A DNA stretch of 64,000 nucleotides from Blastocystis sp. Blastoise (Eukaryota > Protista > Bigyra: Opalinata), in the NCBI GenBank assembly GCA_039096225.1, contig JBBPEB010000005.1:124001-188000 (forward strand). The letters are read 5' to 3'. Below are positions 12,847 through 33,076 of the stretch, piece after piece; the first letter of the stretch is position 1; each line of letters begins with the position of its first letter. Below the pieces are notes generated by a model. The model ran no database searches and had not been told where the DNA came from. It saw nothing but the letters and a program-made list of their open reading frames with translations. A program made the translations under genes and the position numbers.

Positions 12847-15440
12847 CGATAGTATCACAAAATTGATTTAAACTCGAATAATATAAATAGAGACGTTTCG
12901 CTTTCTTATAATCAGTCATAGGATCCTCATTTTGTTCTTCTCTTTGAATATCATCTTCTGTATATACTTTTAAAACAGTTTCCAATTCCGTTAGTTTCTG
13001 TTTATATAGTGAGGGATTCAGTACACCCTGATAGGGATTGTGCTCCAACAAAGAAGTAAGTAATTGAATTGAATATTTTCTCACGAGGACAGCCTTATCT
13101 TTGATTCGCTCAATTGTAAGACACGTGACTTCACTCCAATAATTCAACGGAATAGCACCATCTTCGCAGAGTGTGATCCATGTCTTGATGGTAGCCGCAC
13201 GTGCAAATGCATTAATATCACATGCTCTTTCCTATAAAATATATATATATTTATGCGAATAGTAATAAATAGAAAATATATTATATATATTATATATATT
13301 ATATATATACTCTAAGTATGTCTAATAATTGATATCTTGTTTTCATTGTTATAGTTTTTGTTTCTTTCTCTTCTATCTCACCCTCAATCTCCATAGTAGC
13401 GCCATTCTCTGTATTTCCCGCCATTAGACTTTTCGTACGACTTTGGCGGTCATGATAATTACGCATTTCTTCCTCTTCCGTCATTTTACATCCTTTCAAA
13501 ATACCTCCGATTCCCGTGATTATGGCACATCGTATCATGTAGTTCTCTTTATTGAGAAGAGGAAGAAGAAGAATAAGAGAAGCAGAGAGCAATAAGGGGC
13601 ATTGATCACCTAACTCTGTCTATATATATATTATTATTATTATTAGTAGTAGAGTAATCTTTATAATAAGTGTACTGATAAATCAACTATAAATAATATA
13701 TATTATACAATAAATGAAGATATATTCTTAATTTCCATAGTATTTTTACTGTTTTCAGAGAAATTATAAGTACTTATTTCTTTAATAAATTCCACATATA
13801 GGGATATATTGTTATGATTCTTATATAGAATCTATATATAGAATATAGAATATAGAAACTGAATAATATAGAATATAGAATATAGAATATAGAAACTGAA
13901 TAATATAGAATATATAGAATATAGAATATAGAAAAAAATAATATAGAGAAAAATACATATAGAGAAAATATATATATATATAGAATATATAGAATATATA
14001 ATAAAAAAGAGAAATGAGGATATAATATATAAATACACTTCTATTAATATATATAAAATTATTAATAATGATATATACGTATATATAAAGCAATATAAGA
14101 AATTATATCGATATATATATATATACCTTATTTAGTTTAGCCATAAATGCAGGGGTATGTTCTAAGTTGGAGAGAAGATGAAGGAGAGAAACTGATAAAG
14201 GGGAAACGGTAGAACTATATATAGGATAGTAATAAAGAACAGACTAGATTCCTAATTAAAATATAATAAAATAGAATTTCTTTATTCGTCATAAGAAAGT
14301 CGTTAATAATAGAATTATAGAGAATTCTACATCATATATAGATATTTAAAAAAAGAAATAATAATAATAAACATAATAATAATAAACATAATAATAATAA
14401 ACATAATAATAATAAACATAATAATAATAAAACATAATATATATATACGGATATTTCACAATGATAAAAGTGATAATATCTAGCATTAGTTCTTGTATAT
14501 TATTATTTTTTAGATATATATTCTTTTCCAATAAGAAGAGGACAGTTCGATAATATAATTGTAAATATGTCTATATATACAATAAATTACATATATAGTA
14601 ATAAAAACTGATTAACTTATTAGTTATAAATATACTATAGCTCTTATAATAATAATAGTATATATATACTTCTTCAGGGATATTCATTCTCCAAAAACCG
14701 AGAAAATCAATTCGTAATCCTTCATTCATACTGGTTAATATTTGATATATATAATCCTCCCAATTAGTCCCGCCATTATTTATACGCTTTTTCTAGAGAA
14801 GCAATTAATCATATACACATATATATAAAACAAAAAATTTAAAAAAAAAAGAAAAAATATATATAACAATAAAAATTTTATACTTTTTTTCCTTTACCAT
14901 TATTATTTAAAGCATCTTCATTGATAACTGACTGATATAACACATCCATTTCTTTGACGATAATTGAAAAACAGTATATTAATCTAATGTTAATAATCAA
15001 TAATAAGGTTTACCTTACATTTTCATAATATCACGAAGTTGTACGTCATTATATTCATCTGTAACACCATTACGTAATATAGGATAAAAACGTTGTGCAA
15101 ATGAGAGAAGAAACTCGTTTAATTTGCAACGAACCTCATCTGAAATCGATGAGTAATATCTAAATACAATAATAATCTAATATTTATACAATACTTGATC
15201 AATGAGAAAAGAATATCAAAGTTATCTTGTTGTAGTATAAGATTGTATGAACCATCACTGATAATATCTGATTGTAATCCTATAAAAAATAGATATAAGA
15301 TAAAATTATATACGTTCAACGAAGTCTAGACACTCATTGGAATCTAAATCGTCACAACTTGTAAGATTTTCAATAAAATAACGGTCCTCTTGTTGTTGTA
15401 AGAGATTATCTATAGTCAGCGGGATCTTAAATTCTTTCAT
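9102..15440 (-). CDS. NCAPD2: Condensin I subunit CAP-D2 / Cnd1, about 20 exons
   Basis: DKAVLVRKYSIQLLTSLLEHNPY, RTNIIITVGDLFFRYPNMIEPW and LTHLILNDMIKIKGQIAEIALCL Cnd1 motifs. ATG at 15440 (MKEFKIP); all introns GT-AG; TAA at 9102. Confidence 0.93.
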
Positions 15441-16400
15441 TTTCAAGAATGCAGACTTTTTATTTCTTAAAACAAATTTAAATTTTTTGGGTTGATAAAA
15501 GTCTTTTTATGTGAGGTAAACTTTTTGTTAGATAAGGGCTTTGAAGTTGTATGTTATAACTATTTTATATGTAAGGCTAATAATCACTTAAAGTATGGAA
15601 TCATCACTATTTGAAGATCCTCAATTACTGTTGATTTAGCGTATTATAAAAAAATACACATTTTTAATTATTGGTCAGAGTCATACCGTAAATAAAAAGC
15701 AAATGTAAAATATGAAAAGCCAAATATGTCGTGTAATTTCAATCATTTGTAGATTATTTTTGTATTTAATATCTTATCAAGCATTGTACATTGCTACGAA
15801 ACATGTGAGTGATATCTCTGATAAAAGAAAATTGATATTAAGCTGATTAAATCAATAAGAATCATGGAAAGATTGTTATTACGATTATTCTGTGTATGGA
15901 TGTAAGAAAGTAGATAGAAGAGTAAAGAGGATAAATGAATAATTATGGGAAAATGGATAAATGAAAAGAAAGAGAGGAAAAGGAGCAAAAAGAAAAAATT
16001 ATATGTATATGAAGGATAGGAATAGAGTGGAAAATCGAAATATTTTGTTTTTTTTTTTTAAATAGAAAAAGAAAAAGAAAAAGAAAAAGAAAAAGAAAAA
16101 GGAAAAAAGAAAAAGACACAAAATAAAAAGAAGGAATAACCAGGTTTATATTTTAATTTTTTATTGATTATTTATTTTTTTTCAATTAATCAATATATAT
16201 ACTTGATATCAATTAATATTTTGATATTTTAAATATTTTATTCCGAAGGTTCTTTGTGATTAAAGTAAATATATTGATTATTTTGTCAAAATTCGTTTTT
16301 CTTCCTAGTAAGTTTTTTCTTTTTGATATATAAATATAATGAAACTGTATATAGAGTCATTTGAATATTTATTAGATATAAACTAATCAAAAAATTCATA

Positions 16401-17149
16401 ATGACAGACGAACCTACTGATGAAATGATAGATTTACAATCTTCTGAGCAAGGATCAAGTTATCAAGCAGGTATGGAATCTAAACGGTCTAGTTTTTCTG
16501 AATCAAATATCGAATGTTCGAAAATAAATCCTTTTTTTCCAGATTATTTCTTTTCAACAGAGACTTGTTTACCTATAAAAACAACAGATAATTCTTTACA
16601 GTACTCTATGTTGAGTAGTGATGAAGATACTGATATGAATAATCATATGGAAACTCATCAATATTTAGATTATAATTCGATATCTAGTTCTAATTATAAT
16701 GTTTTTTCACCTATTGCTATTCCTTCAAATCTTTCTGATTCTGTAAATCCATATATAAATTCTATTTCTTCTTCTGTAAATGAATCATTATTACCTTTAT
16801 CAGATACAACAAGATCTGTTCTTAATAATAATAATAATAATAATAATGAATTACAATCACAAAAGTATATATATATATTTTTATTTCTATATATATTTTA
16901 TATTCTTATTATTCGTAATATATAATGTTATATATATATAGTATATCTTTATCTCCTGATTCTATGTCTCTACATAAATCATCTATATCTTCATTAAATG
17001 GAATGTCTTCTCTTCTTTCTATGTCTAATCCTCCTTTATCTCAAAATCTATATACTTCGAACTCAACACATAATTCTCTTCTCCTTCAAGAAGGAATACA
17101 ATCTGTAAATACTATAAAATCAAATCTACTTAATTCTATTTCTTCCTCT

Positions 17150-17184
<35 letters not shown>

Positions 17185-17697
17185 AAATAATAATAATAAT
17201 AATAAATCAATAGATAATCCTGTTGAATCTACTTATATTCTTCCTTCTACTCCTTCTACTCCTCTTCCTCTTATAGATCCATCGAATACAACATCTGTCT
17301 CTTCTTCTCCTTCTACTTCTACTCCTATAAAACAAAACACACAACAATCTCAACTTACAAAAGACACGATGAGTATCTCTTCTTCTTCTTCTTCTGTTTC
17401 TCTCTCTTCCTATTCTACTAAATCAACAACACCTACACTATCAAATTCTAATATTATAACTACAAATAATAATAATAATAATAATAATGTTAATAATAAT
17501 AATGTTAATAATAATGTTAATAGTGATAATAATGTTAATAGTGTTAATAATAATAATAATGTTAATAATAATGTTAATAATAACAATAATAATGTTAATA
17601 ATAACAATAATAATGTTAATAATAACAATAATAATGTTAATAATAATAATAATGTTAATAATAATAGTAATAATAATACAGCAACTACTACTAATAA

Positions 17698-17735
<38 letters not shown>

Positions 17736-19627
17736 ATACTACTACTACTAAAAATAATAATACTACTACTACTAATAATAATAATACTAATACTACTACT
17801 AATACTAATAATAATAACACTAATAATAATACTTCTCCTTTATATCCTATTTCTACTTCTTCTTCTTCTTCTTCATTTACATATACATCTATGCCTCCTC
17901 CTATTCTTAAGAATGTTCCTATAGCTCCTGCTCCTGTTCCTCGTTCTTCTTCTCCTTCTCTTTCTTCACTCCTTCCTTCTTCTTCTTCTTCTTCTCTTCC
18001 TTCTCTTTCTCTTCCTTCTCTCTCTTCTATATCAAATACTATTAATAGTAACTCAACAATCAACTCTAAACAACTCCATCTTAATCTCCAAGAAGATGCA
18101 TTGAATGTCTCTATAGAGGATTCCATACTCACAGGAGAACAGATGGAAACACTCAAAAATCAATGTATACAACTTATTAAATATCTTATTGATAATAAAA
18201 TCACACTCCTTAAAGTTGAAGAACTCTCTATTCTTCTTAGTATATATTTTATTTTATTATTTATTTTATTGTTTTCTCTATCTATATATATATATATATA
18301 TTATCTATCTATCTATCTATAGATATAGATTGTTCTCGACTCCATATTATTCTTGAAATATATAGTTTATTAGGATGTATTGAAAAGTATGAGAAGGAAT
18401 ATTATTGGAGAGGAATGCATTGTGTCATCAACACATTACGTGAATATAACGAACGACGTGTCATTCTGACACTCCAGAAGAAAAAAGGGAAATTAATTAC
18501 CGATGATCTTCCTCTTCTTTCTACTAAAGATACTGTATATTATTATTATATATTGTTATATATTATATAGGGTATATATGATGTAGTATTTACAAATATG
18601 CAATTTGGATTAGAAGTAAAACAGAATGAAAATGATTTATGTGCTTATTCTATTGTTATTAAACGTACTATATATCAGAATGCTTCTGCTTCTTCTCCTT
18701 CTGATTCTCTTATTTCAGAAGGAGATGTTATTCGAGGTATTTATGGACGATCTTTTGCGGGTATATAACTATATATCTATTATTCTAATATTTATTATTC
18801 TATATATTTAATATTCTATATTATTCTATATAACTATATATATATTATAGGATTATCTTTTTCAGATGCTATTGATATATTAAAAAGAGAGACACGTCGA
18901 CCTATTACTATTTCTTTCAAACAAAAACGATTTACTGAAGAACTTAAAGTATATATAATAATCATATATAATAATAATAATAATTATTATTATTATAGTT
19001 TGATAATAAACCAATTCCTATTCTATATGCAATCACAAAACGTCTTCTTTGTGTATATATATATATATATATATTATAATATATTAATAATTCTATTATT
19101 TATAGTATTTTTATACAAATTCAGAATCAATTTTACCTTTAAAAGAAGTATGTACTCAACTTCATACAGAATTTCCTATTTATTCTCTCTCTTCTATTGG
19201 AAATAAAGTTCAAGAAATACTCTCTATTCTTCATGTATTCAAATTCCTAGATCTTCTCTCTTCAGAAACACCAGAACCTATTATGAATATTGTTCCTACG
19301 TATTATATTAAATATATGGAAAACTTATCTTATGATGATTGTTCTTCATTAGTTCTTTTCCCTTCATCTTCATCTTCTTCTTCTTCTTCTTCCTCTTCTT
19401 TCTTCTCTATTAACACACATCCAACATTACTTAGAAAAGATAGTAATACACTTCAAAGGAAAACTATTAAAAAACCATTCAAAAAATATAATCCAAAAAT
19501 TCCACAAAGTCAACCAAAACCATGGACATGTCCTTGTGGATATAATAATCGATTCACTTTTGATATATGTGCCAAATGCACAGCTCCTCGAGATCCTTCT
19601 ACTGCTATTAATACAAATAATAATTAA
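16401..19627 (+). CDS. Low-complexity protein with two degenerate E2F-like winged-helix domains, a PDZ-like domain and a C-terminal RanBP2-type zinc finger
   Basis: Six GT-AG introns give a continuous frame. WTCPCGYNNRFTFDICAKCTAPR zinc finger; QFGLEV...EGDVIRGIYGRSFAGLSFSDAIDILK PDZ pattern. E2F7/8 similarity judged by eye. Confidence 0.7.
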
Positions 19628-19904
19628 ATGTTATAGTCTTTTTTTTTATTTATTTTTCTTCTTTTTATTATTATTTTTTTAAATATAATACAACTTTTTC
19701 TTTTTTTCCAAAATAATAATCATTTTAAAATATCATTGTTTTGTTATTTTTAATATTTTTTTGATTTTAAAATAATAATAAGAAGAATAAATAAAAAAAA
19801 ATAAAATAATAAAAAATCCTTAGAATAACAAAACAAAACATATTTTTTTTTTACCAATATCAATTCTTCTTGCTTTTGAATTTTCAATAAACAAACTATA
19901 TGAT

Positions 19905-20662
19905 TTAGAACATACGGAATTGTTTACGAATGTTAGATAAACCCTTGGATTGTTGAGCAACATGATCAAGGACATTGAAACGAACAGTCTTAGAAAGAGG
20001 TCTGCATTGACCAATGGTAACAATATCACCTTCCTTTACATGGAAAGCAGGAGAACAGTGAGCAGCAATGTTACAATGTCTCTTTTCATATCTTCATATT
20101 TATAATATATTATTCAATTTATATATATTCAAATAAATTATATAATTTAATATAATAATAATAATATTTTAATAGAATTTTAAAAAAATATATATATATA
20201 TATTTATTTATATATCTTCTGTACTTCTTGATGTATTGAAGATAATCACGACGAACAATAATAGTACGTTGCATCTTAGTAGAGATAACAAGACCTCTAA
20301 GAATAGCACCACGAATACTAACATTAGAAGTAAAAGGACACTTCTTATCAATGTAAGTTCCCTTAATAGCAGTTTCAGGAGTCTTGAAACCTAAACCAAC
20401 ATCACAATACCAACGTTGATTACCACCTTTTTTACCTAAAAGATGAGCCTTACGGGCAGAAAACATTTCTTGCTTTTGGAAAGCAGTTTCATTTTGTTTA
20501 AATGTATTATTTGATTATAATAATCTATTAATTTACAGCAAAAAAAGGAAAAATAAAAAAGAATAACGATGAATTAAATTAAAACATCTCAAAAAAACAC
20601 AATCCACTCTCTCTAACTTTAATATAAATGTTTGTATATACTTGTTCGATAAGTTCAGCCAT
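19905..20662 (-). CDS. RPS11: 40S ribosomal protein S11 (uS17), 3 exons
   Basis: MAELIEQ|NETAFQKQ...[18 protein letters not shown]...KYR|RYEKRH...[14 protein letters not shown]. Exons 20662-20642, 20493-20216 and 20091-19905. Confidence 0.96.
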
Positions 20663-21449
20663 GTTTGGAGCAAAAAGAAAAGACTTAATACGGTTGTATA
20701 AACTTTAGAAACAAAAAAAAATAACAAAGGAAATTTTTCTCTCCTGGGGGTATTTATTTTTACTTAAGATTCCACTATTATTTTTTAATTTCTACCCCCT
20801 GGATTTTTATTTTCTTTTTCCTAAAAAAACAAAACAAATAATCAAGAATATTACTTTTTTTTGCCCTATTTTTTCATAATAAACCTTGTTTCTTTTTCAT
20901 TCTTTTATTTTATATCAATAGTTTATGATTCAAATGTTTTTACAAGTTATATTTATGGTTTCATGTTGAGAATGACTAGTTCCTACACATATATCTTAAT
21001 CAAATTAAAATAAGTACATTACGAAATGTCATTTTTATTTGTTATTATCTTTATGATATTTTGATATATTTGATGATAACAAGGTGTTCTATTTGATTCA
21101 ATGATTCAAATTATTTGGTAAATCAAATTTTTAAATTTGTAGAATTTATTTATGTCATTATTGCAGAATTAATATGTCATTTTAATCAATGTGTGACTGA
21201 GTCTTATCTATATCTTCAAAATTGTAAAAATTATTACATATTTGTTATTTAAAATTTTTTTTTGTTGTATAAAAGGTTAATATACTGTAAATTTAAAACA
21301 ACATTTCATATAAAAACACAGAATAGCCTATTCTTGTTAATTTTTAAAGACATAAATCCAAAAATATATATATAATCACATTGAGAAAAGATCAAAATAA
21401 TAGAAAAATAAGAAAAGTTATAATATTATGATTATTTATTGCATTGAAA

Positions 21450-29043
<7,594 letters not shown>

Positions 29044-29502
29044 TTTTATTAGTATGTCTCTCTTAGCTACACTAATTTAAGTACTAAAAATAAGAAAAGG
29101 GCACAAAAGAATACAATAAGTATAAAAATATATAGATCTCGAAAATTTTGAAAAACTAAGTGTTCTTTGATTTATTCCCAAGAATATATTTTTTATTACT
29201 ATTTGTTTAAAAAGACCGCGAGTTTATTTAAATTTCTTATAGTATATATAAAAAACTTAATTTGAACAAAACAAAATAATAATTGTATGATTATATATCT
29301 ACAAATAAAGGAATAATAATCAAGAACAGAGAAAATAAACACTTTTGAAAGTAGAATAAATCTCTCTCTTCAAAACTAAGGAAAGATCGGTTTTATATAA
29401 ATTAATTTTTAAAAAAATACATAATATTATAAACATATAGAAAAAAAAACAAATTTAAAAATATTTCGAAAAATATATAAATTACTATTATAGTTTATTG
29501 TT

Positions 29503-32500
29503 TTACTTGGCTTGGAACATATCAAGCATACGTTTAGTAACAATGAAACCACCACCAATATTAATAGCAGAAAGGAAGATAGCGGCAACAGAGAACCAAA
29601 TGGAAACAGATGCAAGTTTATCAAGCATTTGAGACATACCACCAAGAACGACAATACCAGAAATAGCGTTGGTAACAGACATAAGAGGAGTATGAAGAGA
29701 AGGAGCAACTCCCCAAATAGAGTTATAACCAACAACACAAGAAAGAGCAAAGATCATAAGTTGGCTATTTAAGGAAGAAGGAAGGAAAACACCACAAAGA
29801 GCAAGAATAACAATAAGAACAAGAACAGCTAAAGTACGTCTAACACCATCAGATAAGTTTTGTTGAGGTAATACAGAAACGGACTTAGTCATAGTCTTCT
29901 TATGAACAAGTTTTTGTGGAGGAGGACCAACAGGAGCAGGAGGAGGATAAGTAACAACTTTTTCATGAGCAACAGTCATAGCACGAATAACATCATCATC
30001 AAAAGAAATCTTAAAGTCTTTAGCACCACCCATTTGTTCTAATAATCTGAAAATATTATTAGCATACATTTCAGAGGCAATACGACCCATACGACATGGA
30101 AGTTGTTTATAACCAACAATAGTAATACCATTATAGACAATTTTCTTACCAGGTTCAGTAAGTTCACAATTACCACCAGTTCTAGCAGCTAAATCAACAA
30201 TAACAGAGCCAGTCTTCATAACATCAACAGCTTCTTTCTTAACAAGAATAGGAGCTCTCTTACCAGGAATAGCAGCAGTAGAAATAATAATATCACATTC
30301 AGAAGCTTGTTTTTTGAAGAGTTCCATTTCAGCAGCAATATATTCAGGAGACATAGTCTTAGCATAACCACCAGCACCTTCACCAGATTCATTCTTAGCA
30401 AAATCAAGAAGTAAGAAAGTACCACCCATAGATTCAACTTGTTCTTTACAGACTTCTCTAGTATCGAAACAACGGACATCAGCACCAAGAGATTTAGCAG
30501 CACCAACAGCTTCAAGACCAGCAACACCAGCACCAATAATAAGAACTTTAGCAGGAGCAAATTTACCAGCAGCAGTAATTTGAGGAGCAAAGAATCCTTC
30601 AAAATTATCACAAGCTTCAATAACAGCACGATAACCAGAAATCTTACCCATAGAAGAAAGAGAATCAAGTTTTTGAGCAGTAGTAGTACGAGGAACACAA
30701 TCCATAGCTAACCAGCTAACACCCTTAGCAGCTAATTCTTTAAGATCATCAGTATGTTGAGCAGGAGAAGCATAAGAAATAAGTACTTGATTTTCATGAA
30801 GAAGAGCTTTTTCTTCATTAGTAGGTTCATTTATCTTAATAATAATATCAGAAGTAGAGAAAAGTTCTTCACGAGTAAGAATCTTAACACCAACTCTTTC
30901 ATATTCAGCAGGAAGAATCTTAACACCATTACCAGCATTTTGTTCAATATTTACTTGGAAACCAAGTTTACGAAGTTTAATAGCAGCATCAGGAGTAATA
31001 GCAACACGAGTTTCTTCTTCACCAGTTTCAAGAGGAACACCAACAGTCTTAGTAGTAGGGAATTCTTCAGGATTAAAAGCTTCAACAACAGGACCAGTAA
31101 CAGCCTTCATTTCATGAGAAGAGCCAGCAGCAATAGTCTTAGATTTTTCTCTTAAAATATCAACAAGTTCTTGAGTAGTTTTCTTAGCATCACCAAAGAA
31201 CATATTAGAATTTTCATAGAAGAAAAGAGGATTAGAAACATCAGCATAACCTTTACTCATAGATCTCTTAAAGACAATAACTCTCTTAGATTCCCAAACA
31301 CGAATAACAGGCATACCAGCAATAGCAGATTCAGGATCAGTTTCAGCAGCAGGGTTAACAGTATCATTAGCACCAATAACTAAAACAACATCAACATCAG
31401 ACATAGTAGGGTTAACTTCATCCATTTCAAGAACAATATTATAAGGTACATTAGCTTCAGCTAAAAGTACATTCATATGACCAGGAAGACGACCAGCAAC
31501 AGGGTGAATACCAAACTTAACATCTTTACCAGCAGCTCTAAGAATAGAAGTTAATTCAGCAACAGGATATTGAGCATGAGCAACAGCCATACCATAACCA
31601 GGGACAATAAGAACTTTCTTAGCACTCCAAAGATAATCAGCAACACCAGCAGCTTCAATAGGGAAATGAGGACGTTCAGGTTCATCAGCCTTCTTAGCTT
31701 TCTTAGGACCAGAACCTTCACCAAAACCACCAGCAAGAACGTTCATAAGAGAACGATTCATAGCTTGACACATGATATAAGATAAAATAGTACCAGAAGA
31801 AGCAACAATAGAACCAGTAATAATTAAAATAGTATTACTAATCATAAAACCAGCCATAGTACAAGAAATACCAGAGAAAGCATTAAGAACAGAAATAACA
31901 ACAGGCATATCAGCACCACCAATAGGAACAACAAAGAATATACCATAGACAAGAGAAACAATAATTAAACCAAGCATATAAAGCCAGTTTAATTGACTTT
32001 CAGGGAACCAATCAACAGTATAATAACCATTACTTTCACCACAACCAACGTTGTAATAAGAAGTCCAACCAGTTAAAAGCATAAAAGCAATAATAAGAAC
32101 ATAGAAGACGATATTGAAGAACATCTTAGCAGGAATATTAACGTTCTTAATAGTACCACTAAGCTTTAAACAAGCAATAACTGATCCAGAGAAAGTCATT
32201 AAACCAACAAATAAACCAATAATAAGGAAAGCCATTTGAAGTCTACTGTTTTCAACAGGCATAGGAGCACCTTCCATAGACATACCAGCACTATATATAT
32301 ATATATATATTATATTGTAATATAAATGATATTAGTTTCTGATATATATATTTAAAAACAATAATGAAAACATACTAACTAGAGAAATAGAGACCAATAC
32401 TTTCACAGGCAGCAGCGAGACCACCAAAAGCATTAAGAAGACCAACCATTTGAGGCATACCAGTCATAGCTACAGTAAGAGCCATCCACTATATAAATTA

Positions 32501-33076
32501 TATATATATTATTATCATGATATTATCACTATTCATAATGATTATGATTTCAAAATATGTATTTAAAAAAAATCTAAAAAAAAAAATTTTAATTTTATAA
32601 AAGAAATGAAATAAACAAGCATAAAATAAGTGTTAAAGCAATTAAAGAAGAAAATTAAATTAAAATTTAAATTATTTAAAAAAAAATCCATTAAAAAAAA
32701 ATAAAAAACACGAAAAAAAATAATCATATATATATACAGCACCAACAAAGATACCAAGAATAATAGCAACAACGGGTATCCACCAAACATAATATAAATC
32801 ATTAATTCCTTCAATAGATGACATAAGAGAATATAATCCAGTCTTTACAAATTGAGCAAGACAAGCAATAAGCATACCAATGATACCAAACCAGTTACCA
32901 GCTCTAGCACTTTCTTGTTGAGAAAGACCAAGAATGGAGAAGATGAAGAGAACAGCAGCAGCTACAAAAGCAACTTCTATAATATCATTAATCTTATCAG
33001 TAGTAAATGGGAATAAATTAGTATTCAGTGAGTAGGTACACTCAGCTAAATTAACAGAATCAAAAATTTGAGCCAT
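29503..33076 (-). CDS. NNT: Proton-translocating NAD(P) transhydrogenase, single-chain beta-alpha fusion, 3 exons
   Basis: Beta TM region (MPQMVGLLNAFGGLAA), dIII (GIHPVAGRLPGHMNVLLAEA), linker, dI (IIGAGVAGL) and alpha TM (LHTPLMSVTNAISG). Confidence 0.96.

Noticed and set aside
20494-20641. Intron-encoded snoRNA in RPS11 intron 1
   Set aside because: No convincing C/D or H/ACA box arrangement was seen.
29100-29350. TTTGAA (CHR-like) cell-cycle elements upstream of CENP-E and CAP-D2
   Set aside because: A 6-mer this AT-rich is expected by chance in this genome.
29427-31785. Many antisense and alternate-frame ORFs over NNT (also 17410-18156)
   Set aside because: Shadows of strong codon bias and low complexity.
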